Notes: generated by a model from the sequence alone, not told the origin. Shown: positions 10,716 through 21,568, numbered from the stretch's first letter. The stretch is DNA of 64,000 bases from Alphaproteobacteria bacterium (GCA_965216755.1 CBDCGL010000011.1:2432001-2496000); one strand, 5' to 3'. Made by a program: numbers and translations.

Positions 10716-10878
10716 TCGACCATCGGATGCAACGAGCTTTTGCCAAGGTCAAGCGAAGCTCGCCAGTTTAGCAACTATGCTGCGGCCATGTGATAACCGA
10801 GGACCGAGCGCGGCCGGTACGTGCTTTGGCAGCGCAGCTGATCGTGCACCACCGAGCATTCACGAGAAGGGCCCGCAT

Positions 10879-11886
10879 ATGCAGATTGATGAAAACTGGC
10901 TCGCCCAACACACCGAGACAGCTCTTGAACCGGACCTGCCGATCATCGATCCGCACCATCACTTATGGGACCGACCGGGCGACCGGTACATGCTGCGTGA
11001 TCTGGTCGCCGACACCGGTTCCGGGCACAACATCACCGCCACCGTCTATGTCGAATGGAGCGCCATGTATTGCGCCGACGGTCCAGCCCACATGAAACCG
11101 ATCCGCGAAGTGGAATTCGCCAATGGGATCGCGGCCCAAAGCGCGCGTGGCGAGTTCGGACCAATCCGCGCTTGTCACGGCATTGTAGGCTATGCAGACA
11201 TGACCCGGGGCGCGGCGCTGGATGAGGTCTTGGCAGCGCAGATGGCCGCCGCGCCAACGCGCTTTCGTGGCATACGCCATTCAGTCTGCTGGGACCCGCA
11301 TGAGGATGTGCGGCCGGTCAAGGACCGGCCGCCGCACCTATACGCGGATCAAGCATTTCGCGCCGGTGTCGCGCGGCTCGGCGCCTTGGGGCTTAGCTTC
11401 GAGGCTTGGATGTATCATCACCAAATTGCCGAGCTCACCGAATTGGCACGCGCGATTCCCGACATCACAATCGTCTTGGACCATTTTGGCGGTCCGCTCG
11501 GGACCGGTCCCTATGCGGGCCAGCAAGAGTCGATCTTTCGCCAGTGGCAGGCAGATATTGCGGCCTTGGCCACATGTCCCAACGTGGTCGCGAAATTGGG
11601 TGGTATCAATATGGCGATCAACGGCTTCGGCTGGCACCTACGTGCGCACCCACCGAGCTCCGCGGAACTCGCCAGCGCAACCCGGCATTATTATTTGCAC
11701 AGCATCGATTGTTTCGGACCGGACCGATGCATGTTCGAAAGCAATTTCCCGGTCGATAAAATGTCCTGCAGCTATGCCGTTTTGTGGAACAGCTTCAAGT
11801 TGATGACCAAAGACTTCTCGGCAGCGGATCGGGCTGCCTTGTTTCACGATACGGCCGCGCGCGCCTACTGCCTAGATGGTGTATGA
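10879..11886 (+). CDS. Amidohydrolase family protein (Amidohydro_2, lactonase-like)
   Basis: IIDPHHHLW, RFRGIRH, LDHFGGP, CMFESNFPVD. Confidence 0.9.
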   Translation: MQIDENWLAQHTETALEPDLPIIDPHHHLWDRPGDRYMLRDLVADTGSGHNITATVYVEWSAMYCADGPAHMKPIREVEFANGIAAQSARGEFGPIRACHGIVGYADMTRGAALDEVLAAQMAAAPTRFRGIRHSVCWDPHEDVRPVKDRPPHLYADQAFRAGVARLGALGLSFEAWMYHHQIAELTELARAIPDITIVLDHFGGPLGTGPYAGQQESIFRQWQADIAALATCPNVVAKLGGINMAINGFGWHLRAHPPSSAELASATRHYYLHSIDCFGPDRCMFESNFPVDKMSCSYAVLWNSFKLMTKDFSAADRAALFHDTAARAYCLDGV

Positions 11887-11955
11887 TCCGGCCCATGGCG
11901 TAGCGTCGCCGTGGTCACCAGAGAAAACCGCGAGTAAGTCGGGCGGATGTCGGGC

Positions 11956-13236
11956 TCAAGCGAAAGTCATTGCCACCGGCTCGCCGGTGATCTCGAGGCG
12001 CGAATGCGCAGCGACTTCGTCGCGCATGGGCTCGGAAACGTGAATGTCCACGAGGTCCAGCGTGTTTTTGATGCGAACGATACGTGCCGCCAGTGGCTCT
12101 CTGTTGCGCAAGGTCCTTATGGCTAGGCGGACAGCGGCCGCGCCATCAGCCATCGCGATCGGGATCTTCACGGCTTCGAGATAGGTCGAGGCCACGAGGT
12201 TTGAGTAGGTCACGCCGAAGTCCACACGGTCGAACAGACGCTGCGTGATAATGTCGGCGGCGGCGATACCCGCTGCGTTTCCCTTGGTCGCATCGGTCAG
12301 GTCGAGAAACACCATCTTGGCGACGCGTGGCTTGTTGAAACCGGGGGCGCCGCGTGCGCTGCGACCGGTGACGTTGGCGTCGGCACCGCCACCCGAGATG
12401 TTCTTGCCGATCTCGTCGACCACCAGCACGTCAATATCCTCAAAGAACAGACGCGCCATCAGCTCCTTCGCTCGGCTTTGCAGCTGGCGCTCGCGCGCGA
12501 ACAAGGTTTCTCCGGTCATCGCCTCGACAATTGCCGTGGTGTCGAAAGCATCCTCCACCAGGCCAATGCCGAAAAGGAAAGGGATGTGGCCCATCAGTGC
12601 CTCGGCAGCGTCGGGGATATCGGTGCCGAAGTCGTCCAAGGGATAGCCACGATGAATAGCGCTGGCGCCGGCGATCTTGCCCATGCCGATGACCATCATT
12701 TTCATCACGCCGCTTTCCACCGGCCCACGATAGGCCGGGTGAGGCTTGACCCGATTGATGCAGACGACGCCGTCTGCCTGGTGCGCGTACTTGTCCATGT
12801 GGATGGGCACGCCATGCGCCGTTTCGGCGACCACCACCGTCTCCATGGTGGCACGCACCGGCGCGCCGGTCTCAGACTCGGTGATGCCATAGCCGGCGAG
12901 TAATCCGGCCTGCGCCTCGGCGTCGCCGCCGCCGTGGCTGCCCATGGCGGGAAAGACGAAGGGCGATGCGCCCCGCGACTTGAGTTCGGCCACAAGTGCT
13001 TTGACGGCGATATCGATGTTCGCGACGCCGCGACTGCCGACGCCGATAGCGATGCTCGCACCTGCGGAAATGGTGGCGGCAATCTCAGGCTTGGCAAGCT
13101 CGGCGCGCACGGCAGCGGCGACGTCGTCAATGGTGTGGCGCGCGAAGCGCTGGCGCACGGTAAACATGCGCGGTACGGCAAAATCGAGACCGCCGGGAAT
13201 GTTGATTTTGGCTTGCGAAATGGAGCCCAACGGCAT
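11956..13236 (-). CDS. Lactate racemase (LarA N-terminal/DUF2088)-like protein
   Basis: GSRGVANI, PAMGSHGG, INRVKPH, ESG..KM..IGMGK, GKNISG.G.DANV.GR. Confidence 0.7.
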   Translation of the reverse strand: MPLGSISQAKINIPGGLDFAVPRMFTVRQRFARHTIDDVAAAVRAELAKPEIAATISAGASIAIGVGSRGVANIDIAVKALVAELKSRGASPFVFPAMGSHGGGDAEAQAGLLAGYGITESETGAPVRATMETVVVAETAHGVPIHMDKYAHQADGVVCINRVKPHPAYRGPVESGVMKMMVIGMGKIAGASAIHRGYPLDDFGTDIPDAAEALMGHIPFLFGIGLVEDAFDTTAIVEAMTGETLFARERQLQSRAKELMARLFFEDIDVLVVDEIGKNISGGGADANVTGRSARGAPGFNKPRVAKMVFLDLTDATKGNAAGIAAADIITQRLFDRVDFGVTYSNLVASTYLEAVKIPIAMADGAAAVRLAIRTLRNREPLAARIVRIKNTLDLVDIHVSEPMRDEVAAHSRLEITGEPVAMTFA

Positions 13237-13398
13237 CAGCGGTCTCCTCACGGATCACGGCCATTACATATGGCACGTGTCGGAGCGTTCAAGGCGCGTA
13301 CAACCCGTGCAGCCAGCCGGAGGGGCAAAGGCTCTTCACGGTGGCTAACGTGAGCTGGCGCGGTCGCTCGCGTCGCGGAATCAGACTGATCGAACATC

Positions 13399-13425
13399 GG
13401 GCGCAGACGGGCGCAGACGGGCGCA
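13399..13425 (+). repeat. Short tandem repeat of GGGCGCAGAC, about 2.7 copies
   Basis: Read directly from the sequence. Confidence 0.7.
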
Positions 13426-13741
13426 AGCGATTGAGGTCAACGCAGGCCGGCAGACAACGCACGCAGGAACACAACCCACTGAAGCGGTGGTTCTGCCACA
13501 ATATTGTTGGGGAATGCCGCGGCGTCGGCGCCCATTGCGATCGGTACATTCCAAACATCCAATGCGGCCAAAACCGAGGTTCAGGCGCCGTAGTCGTTTG
13601 GGCCGCTTGGAATCATTTCCCGCTGTCAGAGCAGCGACCGATGCACGTCCGGTAGCAGCTGAACGAAAGACGTTTCAGTAGCTTACGTCGGCTTGTCGGT
13701 GGAATCCGGATGTGTGAGCCAGGGCCCAAGTGAGTAGGCCC

Positions 13742-14205
13742 CTAGAGCGCGTTCCGAGCATATTGAATTAATTCTGTTTGCGGTCCGGCGCGGTGGTCCA
13801 CACAAAGGGCGCCGCAACGCGCCGCTCGTGTCCCGAAACCGCAGTTCGTCACGTCTGACCCCAGGCACCTTACGAACTTCGGTTTCGTCAGGACACGAGC
13901 CGAATATTTGGATCTCGTGCGGTTCACGGATCGAACGTTCGCTCTGGTGCTCGCTGCGAGATCAAGCGAACGTCCGATCCACCGCACGCGCGCATCGGGC
14001 AAGTCGGCCGACCAATGTGGTCGTCCACATGGATTCCCATTGGGGGACGCCTGCCGGTCGCAAACCCGCAGGGCCGGGCGATTTTGTGACAATCGCGACG
14101 ACGCTGTCCGTAGCCGTATGCCCGATACGGCCTGCGGACATCGACTTGATCTTGTCACAAAATCGCTTCGGCAGGATGGTTCAATATGCTCGGAACGTGC
14201 TCTAG
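13742..14205. mobile_element. Non-autonomous MITE-like element with 26-bp terminal inverted repeats ending in CTAG
   Basis: CTAGAGCGCGTTCCGAGCATATTGAA (13742-13767) and TTCAATATGCTCGGAACGTGCTCTAG (14180-14205), one mismatch; internal 14-bp inverted repeat at 14079-14092 / 14152-14165; no transposase. Confidence 0.75.
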
Positions 14206-14229
14206 CCAAGGGGAGATATCAACAGCCTG

Positions 14230-14454
14230 TCATCGGCAGCAACTCGTTCCCGCCTGAATTGGCGGACAAGGCACCGTCCCATACGAACAGAAGACACAGC
14301 AATCCCCAGCTTTCGGCTTCAACAGAGCCCCACACCCTTCGCAATCGTAGAACCACTGACACGAATCCGTGGGCATGACCTCCTGCTTACGATGGCCGCA
14401 TTCGGGACACGTCACCGTGGATTTCAATTCGACGTGGCTATCTGCCGCTTCCAT
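14230..14454 (-). CDS. GDCCVxC domain metal-binding protein
   Basis: CPECGH...MPTDSCQWFYDCEGCG.LLKPKAGDCCVFCSYG. Confidence 0.9.
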   Translation of the reverse strand: MEAADSHVELKSTVTCPECGHRKQEVMPTDSCQWFYDCEGCGALLKPKAGDCCVFCSYGTVPCPPIQAGTSCCR

Positions 14455-14636
14455 AGCACATAAACCCTTAACCAGATGAACAATACAAGCGCCGGCATCA
14501 GGACGTCGTCGATCCAACCGAGGACCCGGGACACGCCGACGGCGGTCGGCAGGACGACCCGCAACGGCGTGAAGCAGCAGAGGGTCGCAACCACTTTGGC
14601 GACGATGCCGACACCCAGAAGCGTCGAGATTCGCAT
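14424..14636 (-). CDS. merF: MerF-like mercuric ion transporter, possibly degenerate
   Basis: About 70 aa, two TM segments, LCCFTP motif and W.D.VLMPAL as in MerF. Confidence 0.7.
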   Translation of the reverse strand: MRISTLLGVGIVAKVVATLCCFTPLRVVLPTAVGVSRVLGWIDDVLMPALVLFIWLRVYVLWKRQIATSN

Positions 14637-14644
14637 CCGGTGGG

Positions 14645-15043
14645 TTACAGGTGTCGCGAACGGGCTGACGCCAACCAATGAGACAGGCCAACCACGGCGC
14701 CACCATAGATCAAAAACCCGGATAAAGGTCCCGCGAATTCGTATAGCTCGTGATCTGACTTCCACGTGTGGCCCACCGCGTGGGCTATGAGAATTGCATC
14801 GACAACTATCTGGCTAGCGCGCCTGAGACTCGGTGACCGATGACCGGTTAGCCAGAAGATAACGAAAAACAGTGGGATGTGGCCGACCACGAACACTGTC
14901 TGCCCGGTCTCATCTGGGAGCAACTCCAGTAGCGGTAGAAGACGCCATTCATGACGCGCCATTGCGTCAAGTTCGTGACACGCGAGAAGCGAAAGTCCCA
15001 GATAGAACAGGACATGTTTCCAATCACTGTGGTCGCGTTCCAT
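14645..15043 (-). CDS. Small membrane protein (DUF6713-like)
   Basis: HELDA...HEWRLLP and four hydrophobic segments with His residues. Confidence 0.6.
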   Translation of the reverse strand: MERDHSDWKHVLFYLGLSLLACHELDAMARHEWRLLPLLELLPDETGQTVFVVGHIPLFFVIFWLTGHRSPSLRRASQIVVDAILIAHAVGHTWKSDHELYEFAGPLSGFLIYGGAVVGLSHWLASARSRHL

Positions 15044-15475
15044 TCTTACTCTCTACCCTTGTGGCGCTCAAAGCCGGCAATAAGCTAGGGGCGTCATCTA
15101 GGCAACGTCTGGAATTGAGCAGGATTCTCCAACACGTGCCGTGGCTTGATGGTTGAGCGGGCGCGGTCGCGGCAGATGTTGGAGAACCCTTTACATGTTC
15201 GGCTGCCCCGTGAAGCTTTGGATAAAGACCGCAGTTGATACTGAAGCGGCCGATCCATGAACGCGCCCTGGGTCAAATTGGGATTCATGCAACCTCATCA
15301 AGGGTGCTTTGTGCAGTCGAACATAAGGCCCTCTCCAGCAGCATGCGAGCCAAGAATGCCGCCGCGTGTCCCCATTGCCCTATAATCGTGGCGAGCCATG
15401 AAAGGACATAGACCAGCGAATGCCGGGAACCGTCGCCAATTGAGGCAACCACTTCATGCTTGGGAGGCGTAGACC

Positions 15476-15808
15476 GTGACGGAAGAAGACGAAGTACTGA
15501 TTGCTCGAATCCGCCCGATCCTGAAGCACCACAAGGGATACTCCGAGAAGAAGATGTTCGGGGGCGTTTGTTTCATGATCAACGGCAACATGTGCGCCGG
15601 ACCTTGGAAGGGTTCGCTGATAGTGCGGCTGGACAAGCAAAACCACGCCGAAACCCAATCGGAGCCGCACGTGAAGCCGATGGACATCACCGGCAAGGTC
15701 ATGCGCGGTTGGGCGTTGGTTGAGCCGCCTGGGATCAGTTCAGATCACGCCCTCAAGGTGTGGCTACAGCGAGCAGTCAAGTTCGCCCAATCGTTGCCAC
15801 CCAAATGA
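15476..15808 (+). CDS. TfoX/Sxy N-terminal domain protein
   Basis: EKKMFGGVCFMINGNM, M.GW..V, LPPK terminus. Confidence 0.88.
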   Translation: MTEEDEVLIARIRPILKHHKGYSEKKMFGGVCFMINGNMCAGPWKGSLIVRLDKQNHAETQSEPHVKPMDITGKVMRGWALVEPPGISSDHALKVWLQRAVKFAQSLPPK

Positions 15809-15888
15809 TCGTGCGTTTGTCGGGCGGTGGCGGCGAAAGAGCCTGAACGGCACTGCCGATTGTGCGAAATCTCACCCAGGCGGAGATA

Positions 15889-16416
15889 TTATGGCGCCGG
15901 GGAACCGTCCACGATCAGCGCGTCCAGAGCTTCAAGCTCTGCGGCGCGCGGTGGTTGCCACCTTGCTTCAAAGAAATCGAAGATTGGCCTTGGTATGGTC
16001 AATCCGCCGAGCTCGTTAGCTGTTCGATTACGTTCCTCAACACGCCTCCATCTTTCCGCAGGATCAACTTTCAAATAGTGCAGTTTGATCCCCGCTCCCC
16101 GCTTTCGGATGGCCGCGGCAACTTCCGCCCGGCGTTTCGCTTGGGCAAGACCAATTTCAATGACCGAGGACGAACCCGTGTTTGCCAACTCCAGAGCGGT
16201 TTCCAGTATTCTGTTTTCACAACGTGTGGCGCGTTCGCTGATCCAGTCCCAGTCTGTGGGATCATTGAGGTCCGGGCCGAACAGGCCGACCATCCAGTCG
16301 TCCAGCGTAAACCGGACAATGTTCATGTCCTTGCTGATGCATTCCGCATACGTCGTTTTTCCAGCACCAATTGATCCGCAGATGAGGTGAATTGTTGCCA
16401 GTTCTGATCGTTTCAT
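15889..16416 (-). CDS. AAA_33 / kinase-like P-loop protein
   Basis: Walker A GSIGAGKTT, FTLDDWM, RWRRV..RN. Confidence 0.85.
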   Translation of the reverse strand: MKRSELATIHLICGSIGAGKTTYAECISKDMNIVRFTLDDWMVGLFGPDLNDPTDWDWISERATRCENRILETALELANTGSSSVIEIGLAQAKRRAEVAAAIRKRGAGIKLHYLKVDPAERWRRVEERNRTANELGGLTIPRPIFDFFEARWQPPRAAELEALDALIVDGSPAP

Positions 16417-16949
16417 AGAATTTCTTTTTCAATCCTTGCACACAAAGCCCGGTCAACTTAGCAGAGAGAAGGACTGCGTTCCCAGCCAAGTGAACACGCT
16501 TGGTCAGCGAAAGATACGAACGAACGCCTGGGCCGCTTTGCATCAGATCCGGAGGTCAGGTCGGAGTGCGCGACGAGTCGGCTATCGGCGCTTGAGCGGC
16601 CGAGACCCCGGAAAACCCGACTTTCGAAGTCCGAAGTCGACTGTCTGGCGCCTGGCAGAAGCAGCACAAGATAACAGCACACAGCCGGCAGCTGTCATTT
16701 CTCGCCGTCGGCTGGCATCTCGCGCGACGTCCCCGGGCAAGGTCGATCAAATCGGGCCGAATGTCAGATCTTGGGGCGAATATGGAATTTGTATCAAACG
16801 CTTACGGACTCCTCGGAATAGCCGGCCCCATCCTTTGATATCACGCCTGTTGAATTGCTTTTCGCCTTCCGTAGATTGCGAACCACTAAACAGCGGACCA
16901 GGGAGGGGCGCGCGTTGCATCGTCGAGCGGGCGCCAGGGCCGAACCTTC

Positions 16950-17868
16950 GTGATGAACGAACCCCTCGCCACGCCCCGGCAAGATCTCACCCACGCCGCA
17001 ATTCCGGCGTTGTTTCTGATGTTGTGGAGCAGCGGCTTCATCGCCGCCAAGATCGGGCTCGCCCACGCCGAGACCCTAACCTTCTTGGGTTTGCGCTATG
17101 CCCTAGCCACGCTGCTGATGACTGCCGTCGCCATCGCCATGCGCGCGCCAAGACCGAAGAGCTGGCGCGACGCCGGCCATATCGCCATCGCCGGTGCCAT
17201 GCTCCAGGCGATTTACTTCGGCGGTGTCTGGCTGGCCTTGGGAAACGGCGTTGGCGCCGGTGTCGCAGCACTAATCGTTTGCCTGCAACCAGTGGTCACC
17301 GCCGCCCTTGTCGGCCCCATGCTCGGCGAGCGGGTGTCGCCGCGCCAGTGGCTTGGCCTGGTTCTGGGTATCGTTGGCGTTGCCCTGGCGGTGGCCCGCA
17401 AACTGGCGCTTGATCCGGGCAGCGCGGAGGGCATGGCTTGGGCCTTCGTCGGGCTGCTCAGCATCACATTCGGAACCCTTTACCAGAAGAAGTTTTTGCG
17501 CCCAGATGGATCCACGCTCGGGCACCGCCCTGCAGTTCTTCGTGGCGACGCTGCTAATAGTTCCGTTAGCGCTGATCTTCGAGGACGGGGTGATCCACTG
17601 GACGCCGGCGTTCATCGCTTCGTTGGCCTATGTGGCCGTGTTCCTGTCGCTGATCTCGATGATCCTGCGAACCGTGATGATCCGTCGCGGAGAGATCTCG
17701 CGCATGACCAGCCTGTTCTTCCTGGTGCCGCCGGTGGCCACGCTGTTGGCGTATCTGGTTCTCGATGAACCGGTGGGACCGACGGCACTCACCGGCATGG
17801 CGGTCGCGATCGCCGGCGTCGCCCTGGTCATGGCACCTGTGGGGAAGGGCCGTCAGACTGCTCGTTGA
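16950..17868 (+). pseudogene. EamA/DMT family transporter, frameshifted
   Basis: The N-terminal EamA repeat in one frame (LWSSGFIAAK...GTLYQKKF) continues in another frame (CAQMDPRSG...FFLVPPVA). There is an extra T in the T run at 17493-17497. Confidence 0.85.
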
Positions 17869-18257
17869 TCGTCGTCCTGGGGGCGGAACGACTTAAGCGG
17901 CGAACGCCGACAGTATGCGGGCGGAACGACGAAGTTGGTCCAAGATTTCCCCGGATTCTGCCGTCTCTGACACTTCTTGGCCTATGCCATTTCTAGCCGG
18001 GGCTGGCGAAAATGTTGCTTCTGCGGGTTCTTTGGCTGTGAATCCCTCCTATACGGGTGACAGGATGGGCCGCGGCGAAGATGGCGCGGCTGGATGTTGG
18101 GGAGAAGTAGCGGCTTTGCCACTTTCATTTCGATGACCAGATCCGCGGCCAAGTTCCGGCACGCAAGCTTGATACCGTGTCGGATTTCGATAGGATCCGC
18201 GCTCCACCAACGCACTGGCGCCTATGCCCCGAAAGATCTGACGAAGAAGACCTGCCG

Positions 18258-19379
18258 ATGACAAAAATCGATCTCTTCACGCCGATGACCATTGGCGGAC
18301 TTCCGCTCTCACACCGCGTTGTGATGGCACCGCTCACACGCATGCGCGCCACGGTACCCGGACACATCGCCAACGAGATGATGGCAACCTACTATGCCCA
18401 GCGCGCGAGCCGTGGCGGGTTGATTATCGCCGAAGCCTCGCAGGTTTCGGCGGATGGCCGTGGCGCGCCATGTACGCCCGGCACCCATTCGCCGGCGCAA
18501 GCCGCGGGCTGGAAGCGGGTCAGCGACGCCGTGCATGCCAAAGACGGAAAGATCTACTTGCAGCTCTGGCATATGGGCCGATTGTCTCATCCTTCGCACC
18601 AGCCCGACGGCGGACTGCCGATCGCGCCGTCGGCGGTGGCTGCCAACTTCGAGATTACCACGCCCGATTTCAAACGCGTGCCCTGCCCGACGCCACGCGC
18701 CCTTGAGACAACGGAGATCCCCGGCGTTATCGAGCGCTATGTCCATGCCGCCCACTGCGCCCTGGAAGCTGGCTTTGACGGCGTCGAAATCCATTCGGCG
18801 AACGGCTATCTGCTGGAGCAGTTCCTTCAGTCACGAACCAACCGCCGCAACGACGGCTATGGCGGCTCGATCGAAAACCGTTGTCGCCTTGTGTTGGAGA
18901 TTACGCAGGCGGTTGCCGCGGTGTGGGGGGCGAACCGGGTCGGTATACGCTTGTCGCCATTCGGCATTGCCAACGACAGTGGCGAGGACGAGCCATTGCC
19001 GCTCTACGCGTATCTCATCCGCGCGCTCGACAAATTCGGCCTGGCGTATCTCCACCTGATCGAGCCACGGGCCAGCGGCGCCGGCCAACGCGAGGTGGAT
19101 CACAAGAATGTGCCATCGGCGGCGGAGCTCTTCCGTCCGATGTGGCAAGGCCCGCTGATTGCGGCGGGCAATTTCCGCGGCGACAGCGCCAACGCAATGT
19201 TGGCAAAGGGTGATGCTGACGCGATCGCGTTCGGCCGCTTCTTCATCTCTAACCCCGACCTCCCCGAGCGACTGCGCGTAAGTGCTGCCCTGAATCCGTA
19301 CGATCGCGCGACATTCTACAGCCGCGGACCGAAAGGTTATCTCGACTATCCAACAATGGATGCGTCTGCGGCAGACTAA
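18258..19379 (+). CDS. Old Yellow Enzyme family alkene reductase (NemA-like)
   Basis: VMAPLTRMR, QLWHMGR, GVEIHSANGYL, FGRFFISNPDL. Confidence 0.95.
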   Translation: MTKIDLFTPMTIGGLPLSHRVVMAPLTRMRATVPGHIANEMMATYYAQRASRGGLIIAEASQVSADGRGAPCTPGTHSPAQAAGWKRVSDAVHAKDGKIYLQLWHMGRLSHPSHQPDGGLPIAPSAVAANFEITTPDFKRVPCPTPRALETTEIPGVIERYVHAAHCALEAGFDGVEIHSANGYLLEQFLQSRTNRRNDGYGGSIENRCRLVLEITQAVAAVWGANRVGIRLSPFGIANDSGEDEPLPLYAYLIRALDKFGLAYLHLIEPRASGAGQREVDHKNVPSAAELFRPMWQGPLIAAGNFRGDSANAMLAKGDADAIAFGRFFISNPDLPERLRVSAALNPYDRATFYSRGPKGYLDYPTMDASAAD

Positions 19380-19500
19380 ACCGAAGGCAAAGATGGCCAA
19401 CGCGATGCCGATCCGATGCCGGCGGCTCTTGCGCCCGAACCCCTTGGCCGAGGACGATGGCCTGGCCCGCAAGAACACCGGCCAACCGCACGAACCTGCC

Positions 19501-19686
19501 TCAGCCGGCGTCGAACCTCGCTTTGTTGTCAGCCATCCAATTGGCCATGTCCTGCGCCGTCTTGGTATTGTCACGAATTACATCGGCATGTGCTTCAACG
19601 TAATGTGGTTTAAGCGCCGCTAGCCATTCTTCGAACGTTGCCCCTTGGGCCTCGTGATTACAGAGGTCGCATTTGACGGTCTTCAT
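19501..19686 (-). CDS. Small putative metal-binding protein (CxxC...H...H)
   Basis: MKTVKCDLC...PHYVEAH; AGGA RBS. Confidence 0.6.
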   Translation of the reverse strand: MKTVKCDLCNHEAQGATFEEWLAALKPHYVEAHADVIRDNTKTAQDMANWMADNKARFDAG

Positions 19687-19904
19687 GGTCTTTTCCTGAT
19701 CAAGAGCGGTCACCTACGCTACGTCCAGCGCCACGGTCATACAAATGGTTGTGGCGGCTTTTCTGGGCCACGCGGCTTTGGCCGGCTGATCGCGCGCGCA
19801 CGACACAGAACAGAGCAAGAAGGCCAGCCTCGACAAACGCGGTGCCCTGACGAAGAGGCCCCAATGAAACGGCGAAGCCCGTGGAAACCGAAAGAAACGG
19901 CGAC

Positions 19905-20357
19905 CTACTCCGCGGCCTTCGGCGCTTGGTCCGCTGCGTCCGGCGTGCGCTGCAATTCCTCCCAGCTCCGATAGGCGGTAAATCCGTCTTCATCGAAGAA
20001 CAGGACCGGGCCATCGCAGAGGAAAAGATAGTCCGTGTCCTCAAGCGCCGTCGTGGCGCCATGCACCATGCCGTTGGGTTCATAGAGATAGTCACCGGCC
20101 TCGAGCGTACCGTCGCGCACCTGAAGCTTGCCGGACAGAATGAAGACATGCGCGCCCGAAAGGTGTTTATGTGGTGGTGCCACGTAGCCTTTCAGCCATC
20201 GGTACAACACCGCCCAGCGACCGCTCTCGGGACTAAGCCAGAGCTTTTTCATGTACGCCTGACCGGGCTTGGTTTCGATCCATTCCATTTCGGCGGTGCG
20301 CACCAGGGTGTCCATGAGTTCGCTGTTCACAGGCGAGATGTCTTGCGGCAGTGCCAT
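19905..20357 (-). CDS. Cupin (ChrR/2,4'-dihydroxyacetophenone dioxygenase-like)
   Basis: PPHKH, GDYLYEPNGMVH. Confidence 0.85.
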   Translation of the reverse strand: MALPQDISPVNSELMDTLVRTAEMEWIETKPGQAYMKKLWLSPESGRWAVLYRWLKGYVAPPHKHLSGAHVFILSGKLQVRDGTLEAGDYLYEPNGMVHGATTALEDTDYLFLCDGPVLFFDEDGFTAYRSWEELQRTPDAADQAPKAAE

Positions 20358-20399
20358 GGCTGTTCTCCCGTTGAGGCGCTTGTCGAATCAACAGGCAGG

Positions 20400-21147
20400 T
20401 TAGCGGATCATTCCGATGGTCCGCAATCGACGTGACCCGCCGCCCCAAAGCACAACATGTCGCGATCGCCATCGCATCCAACCGCTGACCAACGGTTCGT
20501 CACGTTCTCTCGGGCCCGTATACGAATAGCTGCCGCATTCCTCCTGTGTCTCGGTTTCGAGACCCCACATGCGGGCCGCGTTGCCGCCGAAGATCTTTGC
20601 CTTGATCTCATCGGTGAGCTGTGGATATCCGCAGCCGTCGATCAGTTCGTCTGGAATGCGGTTACGTTGCGGCTTGAAGGTCTTCAACGCCGCCAGTTCG
20701 TTGTGGTACGGCCAGGCCGAATGAAAGGCGACGAAATCGAGGTCGAGAAAATCGCCGCACGCTCTGTCAAAATCCTCGACATGAGCATAGCGCGCCAAGA
20801 ATTGGCCAACCGGGCTTCCTTTGTAGCAGCCGATATTTTTGATGCCAAGCGCACGACACTTTTCCCAAACCGGGTAAGCAAGCTTTTCGTCGTCGAACCA
20901 CCAACCTCGCGCCACCGTCGTGGACGATCTTGCCGAAGTTCTCGACATTCATGTCGGACGTGCCGTTTTCCATAGCGAAGGCTTTGCCGAAATTATCGAG
21001 CAGCTCGACGAACCACATGCCTTGTGTCGTGGTGTTGACCGCCAGCATGGCACTGGTCAACCGAAGCGCGGACTTCAGAAACTCGCGGCCCGGCAGTTCC
21101 GATTTCTCAGACATTTCATCCATCCGCGCCCGCACCGCATGGCCCAT
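20400..21147 (-). pseudogene. Amidohydrolase-family remnant with frameshifts and internal deletions
   Basis: Fragments in two frames: AMLAVN..., GWWFDDEKLAYP.WEK, FVAFHSAWP, IPDELI..YPQLT..IKAKIFG.NAAR; large parts of the barrel are absent. Confidence 0.65.
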
Positions 21148-21568
21148 GTGACCGCTCCGAAAGAACGCCGTCCCCGCCTGATACCGATCCCACGGGTTAA
21201 TCTTCGCTTTCTCAAATTCCTTGAAATGCCGTAGAAGATCTAGCTCCGCGGAAGTTCCTCCCTGTCGATCACTTTTCGCTGTCGTGTGGTGGCGTTGTCA
21301 TGTGCTGGCTATGCTGCCGCCTCGGTTCTTGGCCGGTCGGGCACCTGCAACAAATCAGCCGAGACTCTTGAACGACATAGCTGCTGAGCCAACTGGTCAG
21401 AGATGATCGAGAAATGTGCAAGATTATTGTGAGTTTGGCAGGGCCACTTTGAGCGCGTTTTTCGACTGCGTGGAATCAATGCTGTTGGCGGCCCGATAGG
21501 GTCTGGGATGGTGGGTCGGCACCACGATGACTCGACCCACCTCTTGCCCATCCGACGTCGTTATCCGG

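Noticed and set aside
14230-14454. Selenoprotein form of GDCCVxC
   Set aside because: All motif positions are Cys codons; there is no in-frame TGA.
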